Part shown: one piece after another, positions 1-11,600 of the stretch | Layout: each line of letters begins with the position of its first letter | Numbering within the stretch: position 1 is the stretch's first letter | Origin: Ascoidea asiatica JCM 7603 | Lineage: Eukaryota > Fungi > Ascomycota | DNA length: 64,000 nucleotides | Direction of reading: 5' to 3' | Assembly (NCBI GenBank): GCA_001600695.1 | Contig: BCKQ01000001.1 | Coordinates: 643,520 to 707,519 of the forward strand | Program-made: the position numbers and the translations under genes | The notes under the pieces: generated by a model | Database searches by the model: none | Told to the model about the DNA's origin: nothing | Seen by the model: only the letters and a program-made list of their open reading frames with translations

Positions 1-1
1 G

Positions 2-55
2 CAATTAGCTCAACAACATTTGATGCAACAGAACATACATAATTTGGTAGCCTAA
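2..55 (+). CDS. 3' end of a gene entering from the left (QLAQQHLMQQNIHNLVA*)
   Basis: Open frame from the window edge to TAA at 53-55. It is Gln-rich and followed by a T-rich 3'-UTR-like tract convergent with the YVH1-like gene. Confidence 0.35.
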   Translation, partial: QLAQQHLMQQNIHNLVA

Positions 56-350
56 ATAATTATTAGGTATCAACTATTAATCTTTAATAATTTCTTTTTC
101 AAATTTTCTTTATTATAAAGAAAAGACATTTTGCTTTCAGAACCTTTTTTTGTATCCAAGTAACTTTTATATTATAGTATACCGATAAGGCTATGTTTAT
201 GCAGTATATACAGAGAGTAGTATATTTCTTTACATTTTTCATATCTCATTTTTATCTATTTTTTTTTTTCATATTTATCTTTATCATTATCATTTTCTTA
301 TTAATTTCAGTTTTGTTCTTTATAGTTAAGATAGTTTAATGAAAATTTAG

Positions 351-1472
351 TTAAAATTTATCTATTTTAGATATAATTAAATAATATGAAATATTGTAAT
401 TATTATCCATATTATAAGTAAATCCACCAATTTTCTTCAAGCATTTTAAATTTGGACAATAAAATTTTCCAGAATTTGGCAAAGAATATGAGTTTTGAAA
501 AAATTGAGTTAATTGTGGTTTCATGAACTCTAGAAGCAAACTAGAAGAATATAAAAAAGGAGAAGATGACAATATTTTATATGTTGAAGCTAAATTAAAA
601 ATATCATTTTGTTTTGAAGATAAATTTATTCTACAATATTTACATTTGAATGATGTTAGATTTATAGGATTAATTTCAATTTTTAAATTCAATAAAAATG
701 GATTATTTTTTATTTTTAAATTGAATTGAAATAACCATAATTGATATAATGGATTATCTATGATAATTGAATTCAAATTATCTAAAGAAGGATGATTATT
801 ATTGTTTTTGATTGAATATAAATCTAAAAGTTTTTGAAATAATAATAATTGAAATTTGAATGAAATATTTGGATAAGGAATATTTTTATTAATTCTTTTT
901 CTTTTAATTGAATATAAAGCAATTTTATAAGATAATTTGAATTTCCAAATAAGATAAGATATGATTATTGAAACACTTCTGGAAACTCCAGCAGAACAAT
1001 GAATTAAAATTTTTTCTTTATTTGATAAAGCTAAATTTATTAAAGAAATTGAATTAGTAAAAATTTCCAAAATATTTTGAAAATATTCATCTTTGATTTG
1101 AAATTGATTACAATTATAATTAGAATCATTTAAATAAAAAGATGGAATTGATTCACCATTTAAAATACTTAATATATTAGTTATTTTATAAATTTTCTTC
1201 AAATCAATTTGTGATTGTAATGGCTTATAAGAACTTAAATATATTCCGGAAATTATTCTATCGATATCAATTTCCTTCTGTGAAATTATATCTTTTGCTT
1301 GAGTAGTTGAATTTAGACTTGAATCTAGATTCAAATCTAAGTTTGAATTTGATTCAGAATGTGAAATTTGAGTGTTATTAATATTAGATTCTTGTTGAAT
1401 AGAAGTTTTTTCAATATTGAATAATACATTTTTAATAGGAGTAAGATTTATATCTGAATCTTTTTTTGGCAT
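351..1472 (-). CDS. YVH1: Dual-specificity phosphatase, Yvh1/DUSP12-like, with degenerate C-terminal Zn-binding domain
   Basis: DRIISGIYLS start of DSP fold, catalytic HCSAGVSRS and PNISF..QL. C-terminal CKYCR ... GKFYCPNLKC..KIG ... SKID. Confidence 0.8.
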   Translation of the reverse strand: MPKKDSDINLTPIKNVLFNIEKTSIQQESNINNTQISHSESNSNLDLNLDSSLNSTTQAKDIISQKEIDIDRIISGIYLSSYKPLQSQIDLKKIYKITNILSILNGESIPSFYLNDSNYNCNQFQIKDEYFQNILEIFTNSISLINLALSNKEKILIHCSAGVSRSVSIIISYLIWKFKLSYKIALYSIKRKRINKNIPYPNISFKFQLLLFQKLLDLYSIKNNNNHPSLDNLNSIIIDNPLYQLWLFQFNLKIKNNPFLLNLKIEINPINLTSFKCKYCRINLSSKQNDIFNLASTYKILSSSPFLYSSSLLLEFMKPQLTQFFQNSYSLPNSGKFYCPNLKCLKKIGGFTYNMDNNYNISYYLIISKIDKF

Positions 1473-1899
1473 ATCTATAATTATTCCTCAAAAGAAAAAG
1501 AATATCTAAATAATAAAAATTAAAATCTTCTATAGAATTATTGGAAAAGAAATTATGAAAAGAGTAAATTTAGAAATATAAAAAACATTTCGGAAATGAT
1601 TAAAAAATTGATTATTTAACTTTTAAAAATATTAACGACTTTTAAATCGTAAAATTTCCAGTTCACCAAATATTTGTGATTTAAATTAAGTTTTCAGTAT
1701 GCATATAGAAGTAGAAAAAACAGTAGGAAACATAAACTTTTTTTTGGGGGTTCGTGCACAAAAACAAAAACACCGAATAATAATGCTTTTGTGTTTGTGA
1801 TTTTGGTCAAAAAGGTGATCTATTTGAGGGTTTAAACTATCAAATAAAGAAATAACTATATGTCTACTCCATTTATACATATTAAATAAAAATTATAAC

Positions 1900-2170
1900 A
1901 GGAAGGCAAGTTACCCAAAACAAAAAATTACCCGAAAATTATTTAGAAAAGACGCCGTGAAAACACCCAGCACCGATTTCTGCAGGCGTGAGCATTTAAA
2001 ACGGCGCTTTCAGCGGTACTAAAGAAAACAAAGTTTTTTAAAAAGGCTCAGTGTGGTCAAAACCGGTCCGGAAAAATCAAAAAAAGTGTATAAAAAAAGA
2101 CACTCGCCACAATTGTTTTTGGCTGCTGCAAGAAAGCCTGCAGCTTCCGGTTCCGAAGGAAAGTCTATAT
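1900..2170. promoter_or_regulatory. GC-rich island in divergent promoter, with a Reb1-like site
   Basis: TTACCCG at 1928-1934 and several CCGG/CGG motifs in an otherwise AT-rich intergenic region between divergent genes. Confidence 0.45.
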
Positions 2171-3725
2171 TTTTATTTTGCAACTTTAATAATTGGAAGA
2201 CTGGCTCTGTCTAAATTTAGAAGCAAGTGGACAATGGAAAAATATTTTTTTCACAAAACTGCAAAAGATCACAACAAAGAAACAAAATTGCCAATGAGAA
2301 AAGCTTTTGCCGGCAGAGTTTTTACTGCTGCTGTAGTAAATAATACAAAATATTTAAGAATTGTGATGATGATAGCGATAGATGATGAGGATTTACCTCT
2401 AAGCGAAGTTCTAATGACTCTTCAAAAGGAGCATTTACAATGATGTTATGATATCATTTCTTTAAAAAACATATAATCAAAAGAAATTAGAATGATAGTA
2501 TTTTTTTATCTTTAGTAAAAACTGCTTTAAACAGTGATCATAATTAGCTAATGTTTTTATATCCTTATGGAAATCATGAATTCAAAAAAAAAAAAAGAAT
2601 TATTGTAATTATTTTTATTTCATTTGTGTATGTGTATTGATATCAGTTGGTGAGATAGATAATTATGTTCTAATAAAAGATAATACAGTATACTCTTAAA
2701 TATTCTTAAACTAAATTTAAACAACAGACATTATAATTTATCGAGATTTACTTCCCAGGTGAGAAATATATAAGACATTGATAAGTTCCTTAAATTTTAT
2801 TGTTCTTCATTATTCAAACTATCTAATTACACAAATACTTGAATATATTCAATATAATTATTACTCACTTCACTTAAGAGTAAATAATATCCTATCAGCA
2901 TATTCATTCATATCTTATCAACAATAAACTAAATCACCTCATTAATAAACTAAAATATTTTATCCTGGTAGCCTTTTCCTACCAACCACTCTATTTAGCT
3001 TATCTTTACTATTATTATATTTTATATCATCAAATCATTTATTTATCAATCAAATATCGATAATATTAACACAAATCCAAAATTACTATAATCCTTTCAA
3101 AATTTTAGAAATTAAAATAAAAGGCTCTTCATAAAATATTGAAAGACATATTAATCATTATCAAACTATTTATCCTAATCATATAAATCATTCAATTTAC
3201 TTCAATATATTTACTCCAATAATCCGATCTTATTAGTTTGTTGCCTTGAAATAAAACAATAACTTATTGCTGGTTATACTTTGATTGTATCTTCACTTTA
3301 CTTTATTTCACATCAAATAAGACATATCTCAATCAAATTTAACTGAAATCATTCAAGATCACCAATTATCAATTAAATATCAATTAAATATATTAACAAA
3401 TAACTCCCCCTTTCAATTTAAATAATCTCAAATTATTATAAATCAATCTAATTCAATCTAATTCACTTCAATTCACTCTAATTTACTTAAATTTAAGATA
3501 TTTTGAAAATTCGTATACCTATAATTAATTTTACTGGTCAATAAAACTCACTAGTTCAAAATAATTTTATATTTTAATATTATAATATTATAATATCTTA
3601 TAAACTATATTTAACCTGAAACTGGAAATATAATTAAATCTAAATATTGTCATTATTATTAAGTATAGTGGTAATTAATAAGTTTACCATTCAAAGAGTA
3701 AAAACTTTCATCAAAATTTATTAAA

Positions 3726-5798
3726 ATGTCTTCCTCAACAAATAATAATAATTCTGATCATTCTGATCATTCGAATAACTCCAATAATTCAGATAATTCA
3801 AATAATTCTAAGAAAGAATCTGATAATTCAAGGGATAGAATATTCATACCTTTATCTAAATATCAAAGCTTTATAACTCCAGGTAATATAAATTTCTTAA
3901 CAAATTTAAAATTGTCAAATTCTTATTTAAAATCATTATTAACTGCTTTTACTTCAAATACTTTAATCGCTGTAAATATATCAAATCCTTTTAATTCAAA
4001 TATTCATATATCAAAAAATTCAAATAATAATACTACTGGTTATTTAATTAAAATTCTTAATTTAAATTATATCCCTTTAGATTCTTCTTATTCTTTTTTA
4101 TCTTTTTTACAGTTTCAAACCATACAAAAAATTAATATTGATTTTATAAAAAGTAATTCTTTTCCTTCTATTCAAGTTCAAAACGATTTTACTTTTAATA
4201 ATCAAGATCAATCAAGTTCAACTTCTCAATCTCAAGAACCAAAAATTATTGAATTAAACGAAGCTTTTTTTAACAAAATGAAAGAATCTGCTTCAAATAC
4301 TTCTTCCAATACTAGTAGTAACAAGGTTAATAATAATAATATCAATCAAAATAATAACTCCAATACAAACTTTAATAATGATATTACTGAAATTAAAACA
4401 AGTTTAATGCTTGTAATTCCAACTAATATATGTCTATTCCCAGGAATGGAAATTAATGATATTAAAATAACAAATCCAATTCAAAAACAAGCAATTATTG
4501 AAATTTCAAAACATAATTCTGAATCTGTTAATCATAGAATTGCATTTTTTTTAATTAAAAATAAAAATAATTTATCTAAAAATGATATTGTTACAAATAT
4601 GAATGATATTTATACTATTGGTGTTTCTGCAATCATTTCTTCTTTTAGAATTTATATTGACCCAATTTCAAATTTAGAATGTTTAAGTTTAAATATAATT
4701 ACAAAAAATGTTATTCAATTAGTTCAAATTATTTATCCTGTAACAATTAAACAAAAAAATGATGATTTTGAACAATATGAAGGAATCAATTTAAATAAAT
4801 TGGTTTGTTTATCAAATGTTCAAAAATTAAAATATAACTTTGATCTTTCAATACCTTCTAATATCACTATTTTACAACAAGTTATGAATTTAAATATGAA
4901 CAATTTAGTTTCATTAATAAATTTAACTCAATCTGAGGCTTTTATAATTTCTCCATTAAAAAATTTTAAAAAATATTTCAAAGCATTATTCAAAATTTAT
5001 AAAAATGATTTTATTTTTTATTATTCGGAAATGATAACTTTAAATAAAGATCTGGAAGAAGATGAAGAAGAAGAAAGCTTGAGTTTAAATAAAAAAATCA
5101 ATTATACTCTTCAAAATTTATATGATTGTTCAGTTGATTCAATTGATTTGATAATAGAAAAACAAACTTTTTTGGTGGAACTTTTAAAAATATATTTCAA
5201 ATTATCCACACCAAGAACTTCGAATTCTGATAATGATCTAAATCATGAATATAATATCAAACTTCAATCAATTTTAGAATCATTGAATCTTTTTGATAGA
5301 TCAAAAATATTGTCAAATATTTTTAACAAGGAAGGTTTAAAACTTAAATTTAAATTGGTTATTAATGATCAAAATGTCACTGAAAAAGTTGAAAACAATG
5401 CAACTCCTAAAGAGATAAATAATGAAAATGAACAATCAAGTAAACAAAAGTCAATGAAAAAATCGAAGTCTGATATTCAATTATCTCAAAATGCATTTTC
5501 CAAATCAGAAGATAATCTCAATGAAGTTCCTAATAATTTTGATATACCTCTAGCTCCAGAAGAACCAAGTTCACCAATAAGAACTCCAATTTCTCCTCCA
5601 GCAAGTTCACCAATTATTTCAAGAGTTCCTCTTACTCCAAAATCAACTATTGTGAATGAATCAGTTTTTATCAATAAAAATCCTGATAATAGATTTTCTT
5701 CATCAACATGGCCACCAATGTCAAAGACCAAAACAGAAGAAGAAAGAAATTTTTACTTTCCATACGTAGCATATAATACTACTCCTCCTTTAGCTTAA
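3726..5798 (+). CDS. Lon protease N-terminal (substrate-binding) domain protein lacking AAA+ and protease domains
   Basis: CLFPGMEI..I...IQKQAI..I...RIAFFLIKN...DIVTNMNDIYTIGVSAII and KLQSILESLNLFDR parallel the Pim1/Lon N-domain. No Walker A (GPPGVGKT) or Ser-Lys dyad (DGPSAG) follows. Confidence 0.65.
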   Translation: MSSSTNNNNSDHSDHSNNSNNSDNSNNSKKESDNSRDRIFIPLSKYQSFITPGNINFLTNLKLSNSYLKSLLTAFTSNTLIAVNISNPFNSNIHISKNSNNNTTGYLIKILNLNYIPLDSSYSFLSFLQFQTIQKINIDFIKSNSFPSIQVQNDFTFNNQDQSSSTSQSQEPKIIELNEAFFNKMKESASNTSSNTSSNKVNNNNINQNNNSNTNFNNDITEIKTSLMLVIPTNICLFPGMEINDIKITNPIQKQAIIEISKHNSESVNHRIAFFLIKNKNNLSKNDIVTNMNDIYTIGVSAIISSFRIYIDPISNLECLSLNIITKNVIQLVQIIYPVTIKQKNDDFEQYEGINLNKLVCLSNVQKLKYNFDLSIPSNITILQQVMNLNMNNLVSLINLTQSEAFIISPLKNFKKYFKALFKIYKNDFIFYYSEMITLNKDLEEDEEEESLSLNKKINYTLQNLYDCSVDSIDLIIEKQTFLVELLKIYFKLSTPRTSNSDNDLNHEYNIKLQSILESLNLFDRSKILSNIFNKEGLKLKFKLVINDQNVTEKVENNATPKEINNENEQSSKQKSMKKSKSDIQLSQNAFSKSEDNLNEVPNNFDIPLAPEEPSSPIRTPISPPASSPIISRVPLTPKSTIVNESVFINKNPDNRFSSSTWPPMSKTKTEEERNFYFPYVAYNTTPPLA

Positions 5799-6240
5799 TC
5801 TATAAAATCTACTGAATAAAAAAGGAATTTAATCTGTCAATTATTTTTAAATTTCTTAGTTTGTATAATCACTCTCGCTTGTCTGTTTTTTTTTCATTTC
5901 TCTTTTAAAATCTGCATTACTTTTTCAATCTTATTTATTATTGTTTATCTCTTTGTTTTTGTTAATTATTCATTGTTTTTCTTCTGAAGTCATAAGTCAT
6001 TATTTATTATGTTTTTTTTGTTTCATTTTTTTTTTTCTTGCTTTTCATTACTTCTACTTCATTAAATCATTTCACTTTCAAAATTCTTATTCTTACATAT
6101 ATAATCAATAAATTAAAATAATAAAAATTAAAAAAAAAAAAATTAAAACCAAATTGTATCGAATTAAATAAAGTAAAAAGGATTTGATTAAAGTAGCATT
6201 TAAAAAAAAATAAAAACTTAAAAGATCATTCAAATTCAAT

Positions 6241-7866
6241 TTAGAATCCCATTCTTTCGATAACATAATTTTGAGCTAGTAAACCTATTGATAAGCTTAA
6301 ACCTTCTCTTATCCAATCTTTAACCCATTCAGAAGGATCAATATATTCTTCAATATTATCATCATCTGTATAATTATTTTTATTTTGATTTATAGTTGTA
6401 TTGTTTGTATCGTCATTTTTATTTTTAATATCTTTTTCTTTTTCATTTTCTTGATCTTTAATATCTAAAGATTTTTCAGATAACCATTTAGCCCATTTTA
6501 CTGGAAAAGATTGACTTTTAAGTTCAATGGATATATCATGTTCTAAATCTTTTAAAATAAATAAAAATTGAAAATTATTATTATTTTCTTCTTTAATTTT
6601 TAAAAAATTTGATTGATTATTATTGTTGCTACTATTTAAACCTGAAATTAAAGGTATAACAGAAATTAAAATATGAGAAGTTCTTGAACTTAATTCTTTT
6701 AATTGTATTTTTTCAACAGTTGAATAATTTTTATTTATTGTTGCTAAAGTTTTTATACCATTATCAATATTTGCTAATAATAATTTTTCTGCATTAATAT
6801 CATTACCAATAAAAAAATCTAAGAATTTTGATTTGGATAAATCAGATAAATCATTATCATTATCATTATATAATTTAGTCATTTCTAAAAGTGAAATTAA
6901 TTTAAAATAATTTTGATTATCATTTATTGTAGTTGTAGTTGTAGTTGTGGTTTTTGTTGCACTTTTTTGATTATTTTTAATAATTTTTTTGTTAAAATTA
7001 TTTATTTCAATTAATATATTACCTTGAACTTGAGATAAAACTTTATTAAAATTTTTATAAATTAAATAATTTAAATAATTAAAATTAATTAATTGATCAT
7101 TAATTATATAAATTTTTAAAATTTCATTATATGAATTATATTTTCTTAAAATACTATTATTTGAATTATGTAATTGAGATTGTTGTATTGAATTTGTAGT
7201 TGTTTTAATTTGATCAGAAACTGTTGAAACAAAAGAAGATAAAAATCCACCAACATTTTTAGTTGAAGATTCTAATTTTTTTGAAATATTATTTTGATTT
7301 GAATTTTCTTTAACAGATGAAGAAATATCTTCAACTACATGAGAAGCAGAATCAAATAAAGAATTTACAGTTTTAGAACCAGAAGAACCCCACCAATTTG
7401 AAAAAGAAGTGATTGGATCATTGATTGGAGTATCATCATAATCATTATCATTATTAGATGAATTTAATGGATTTGAATTTTCGACTGATTGTTTTTCATT
7501 TTCATTATCATTTTGAGTAATATTTTCCTTTTCTTTACCTTTACTATTTTCGGATTTTAAATTTTGATTAGTTGAGATAAATTCTTGATTATTAGTCTTA
7601 GTTGCAGTTGAGGTTGTAGTTATAGCAGATGATGATGATGTTGGTAAAGAATTTGCAGGTTTTAAAGATTTATTTTTATCTGAAGCATTTTGAGTTAATT
7701 CATCTAAGAAATCTAAAATATCATTATCATCATCATTATTTGAATTATCATTATTTAAATTATTATTAATATCATTTGATTGAGAATTTGATTTTTTATC
7801 ATCTGGTAATGAATCTAAAAATTGAAGAACATCATCTTCTTCAGTTGAATCTTTAGAATTTGACAT
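6241..7866 (-). CDS. MTC1: Maintenance of telomere capping protein 1 family
   Basis: N-terminal DDVLQFLDSLP, DPITSFSNWW, SQSFPVKWAKWL and C-terminal DPSEWVKDWIREGLSLSIGLLAQNYVIERMGF. Confidence 0.85.
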   Translation of the reverse strand: MSNSKDSTEEDDVLQFLDSLPDDKKSNSQSNDINNNLNNDNSNNDDDNDILDFLDELTQNASDKNKSLKPANSLPTSSSSAITTTSTATKTNNQEFISTNQNLKSENSKGKEKENITQNDNENEKQSVENSNPLNSSNNDNDYDDTPINDPITSFSNWWGSSGSKTVNSLFDSASHVVEDISSSVKENSNQNNISKKLESSTKNVGGFLSSFVSTVSDQIKTTTNSIQQSQLHNSNNSILRKYNSYNEILKIYIINDQLINFNYLNYLIYKNFNKVLSQVQGNILIEINNFNKKIIKNNQKSATKTTTTTTTTINDNQNYFKLISLLEMTKLYNDNDNDLSDLSKSKFLDFFIGNDINAEKLLLANIDNGIKTLATINKNYSTVEKIQLKELSSRTSHILISVIPLISGLNSSNNNNQSNFLKIKEENNNNFQFLFILKDLEHDISIELKSQSFPVKWAKWLSEKSLDIKDQENEKEKDIKNKNDDTNNTTINQNKNNYTDDDNIEEYIDPSEWVKDWIREGLSLSIGLLAQNYVIERMGF

Positions 7867-8628
7867 TATTTAGTTATTTATAATATGTTATATTATGTGG
7901 AAATCGAAATTGATATTAAAATTGAGGAATGAAGAAAGACAAGCAATGAATTATATTGATCAATTGTCTTTGGAAAAAAAGAACAAAGCAGTTTGTATTT
8001 TGTAGTTTGTAGTTATTAATGGGTTTCTGCTTGTATTGATTAAATAAATACCTTTTACTATCCAATTCCTTAAATGGCCAGTTTACTTCACTAACTTTAA
8101 TACCATGAATACATCACCATAAATAAATAAGTAAATAAATAAATAGATAAAAGTGCAACAAACAGCAAAACAGAAGCTGAGAGACAGACCCACAGAAATG
8201 GTACTACCATGAAAGAGGGTCATGTAAAGTAGAGTGGTTAAATGTATAATCTTTAAAATCCAGAACCACGGATCTACCACTTGTAAGGAACTACCACCCA
8301 AACGGATCTACCAATGGGACGGCTTATTTGGAGTTTCTGTTTCTGATTGTGTCTTGTGCTCACGTGCCATACACGAACTGTCAGCCAGGGACAAAACGGC
8401 GCTGGAGACACAGCTCCTCCGCTGCCTCTGCAACGCTGATGAAACCTTTCCTTCTGCTGGATCAACATCTGAAATATTCCAAAAAGTACTTCAATTGCAA
8501 TAAATAATTCAATATATCAATGCAAACAAATAAATATATAAATAAATAATAACTAGATATTGAAATTTGATCCAAAGTAAAAATTTGGTTAACAATCAAA
8601 AAGCTATAAATGCGATTGAAATTATGAA

Positions 8629-11600
8629 ATGGAAGGTACATCTACTTCTACTTCTATAAAAGACAATTCCAATTCCAATTCAAATACAAATAACATTTTA
8701 AATACTTCATCTTCAGTCCTTTCTGATTCAATAAATTCAAATATATCCAATGATCAGAATAATATTGGGAATAATACGAACAATAATATAAATAATGGAA
8801 ATAATACTAACAATGACTTACCTTCAATTGATTCAAATGTAGTGCTACCTTTATATCCTTTACTTGATACTCTTGCAATAACTTTACTATTCATTTGCTT
8901 TCCACCTTCTTTAAGTTGTATTCTTCTTGGTTTATATGCTTTATCTGCTTCTTCAAGTGCAATGATTGCAAAACTATTAGGTTCCTCTTTGAAATTTTCA
9001 TCATACTCTTCAGCATCTTCAACATCCACAACATCATCTTCAATTTCAAATAATAATGATAATATTGGTCTATTCTCATATTTAACTTCATTATTAATTC
9101 CAACTTGTATTGCATTATTAGTAGATATATCAATATCTTTATTACTTCATTCTTTTTTCTCTGTTTCAACTTTACAATTCATTCAATTATTAGCAAAAGC
9201 AACTCTTGCTTCAAATCTTTCTGGTAATAATAAAAATTTATTTAATAGAGCTTTTTTTTCAACTTTAATTATAATTTTATTAATTTATTTAAAAAAATTC
9301 TTAACTAATTTAATCATAATTAATTTAAATTTAATTGATTTTGATTCAAATAATTATTTAGAAAATTCAGAAGAAATTTTAAATAATTTTTTATATAAAA
9401 ATTTTCCAAATTTAATATCAAGCTCTAACTCTAACTCAAATTCAAATTCAAATTCAATTTTTTCTTTAGTATTTAATTTAATTAATGTTATTTTGAATTT
9501 TTTTAATTTCATTTCAAATTTTTTAAAAATTTTACATCCTTCTTCAATTTATCAATTTAATATACCAAATATAAATAGTAATATAGACAATTTAAACGAT
9601 ATAAATGATATAAATGATAATATAGATAATTTTGATAATATTTCAATAATTTCAAATTCTAATTATTCTATTTTTTTACATTATCTTTATTTATTCTATT
9701 TATATTATTCAAAAATTTTTGATTTTTTTATCATTCATTTTTATTCTGGTTTATCTTTTCATGTTTTATTCTTAGGTATTTCTCCAACTATAAAAAATTT
9801 TTTTCTTTTTAAATCTTATTCAAAATCTTTAGATCAATTATCTTCAATATCTCCTCTTTATAATTCTTTTACAAAATCAATTAATTTAGATTCTCAAAGT
9901 GATGATAAATCTGAAATTCAAATTCAAAATATTCCTTTAAATCCAAATCAATCACAAAATATATCCCAAAATCAAAATCAAAATCAAAATCAAAGTCAAA
10001 ATCAAAATCAAAACCAAAATCAATCTCAAGTTCAATCTCAATCTCAATCTCAAACAATACCTTCAAATTCAAATTTTAATAATAACAATAACAATAACAA
10101 TATTCCTTTAGAGAATAATATAAATTTATCTCAAAATCAAAACCCTTTATTGCCTTCAAATATAAATACAAATTTAGTAAATGATTCAAATCTTAATGAT
10201 ACTAATACTATCAATACTTTTATAACTAAAACTCCATCTGATTCAAATTATGCAATTGAAGTAATTGTACCTCAAGAAATTTCTTTAATAACTTTACCTT
10301 ATGATAATGAATTAAATAATGATATAAATAATAATGATGTAAATATAAATATAAATTCTAGTTTTAATAATATAAATAATGATGAAACTCAAGCTCCTGC
10401 AACTTTTCCTCAAACTTCAAAAAATGAAATTAATGATTATCAATTAAATACATTATCTTCTTCAATTTCTGTAGTTGCAAATAATTTTGAAAATTTTTGT
10501 ATATTACCATTTAATTCTTCAATTTCAATTAAAAAATCAAATAGAAAATTAGCTCTGGTTAAAGAAAATCAACCATTATGGTCTTTAATTGCTGCAATTA
10601 GATCTATGTTTCTAAAAACTGATTATTATTCTGGTAATACAAATATTAATATTGATGATATTAATAATAATAATGGTACTGGTAATAATAATAATAATAG
10701 TGAAAATAATAATGGTGATGAAAATCATTTACAATTAACTTTATATGATAGATATGTTAAATCAGAAAATCCAATTAGATCATTTATTTGTTTTATAAGT
10801 GAAACAACAATTGCTGTACAAATTGAAAATGTTGAAATTAATGATTTAGTTGTAGTTGTAAATGATGTACCATGGTATCAAGTTTCAAGTGGATCATCAT
10901 ATAATAATGAAATGATAATTATTGGTGGTTTAAGTCCAAATTTTAGATATGTTTTGAAATTTTTTAATATTATTAAAAGTTTTAAAAAAACTAATATTAA
11001 TAGTTTAGATGATGATAATGATGATTCAATTAAAGTTTTATTATCAGAGCATATTGTTACAACCATTTCGGGACCTTATGATATTAATAAATTAGATAAT
11101 GAGAATGATAATGATAGTAAAGATAATGATATTATCAAAGAAGAAATTAAAGATAAAAATTCATTATCAGATTCAACAGCACAATCAGTTAGAACTATTC
11201 AAAGTTCATTAAGAACAGCAAATTCATTAATTTCTCATAATAAAGGTAGATTAAAAAAATTACGTAAAGAAACTTCAAAAATTTTAAATCAAATTCAAAG
11301 TGAAACAAATTCATTAAAATCCAAACTTGAAAGTGTTCAAATTCCAAATAAATTTACAATTAAAATGGATAGATTAGTTCATGAAGATGCAGTTATTGGA
11401 AATGAAGTTAATAAATTAGAAGAAGAAGATGAAAAATTAGCAGAATTAGAAAATGATTTACAAGATGATTATTTAGAAGAAAAATATAAATTTGAGAAAA
11501 AAACAAGAATTTATCAAAATTTCAAAAAAGGATATAAAAAAGAGATATGTGGATTTGAAGAAGAAATTCAAATTTTAAATATTGAATTAAAACAAATTTC

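Noticed and set aside
2051-2443. 130-aa ORF in the divergent promoter
   Set aside because: GTG start, atypical codon usage and no motif; it overlaps a GC-rich promoter island.
8083-8503. Three overlapping short ORFs between MTC1 and the AcrB-like gene
   Set aside because: By-products of a GC-rich promoter island with no recognisable protein features.
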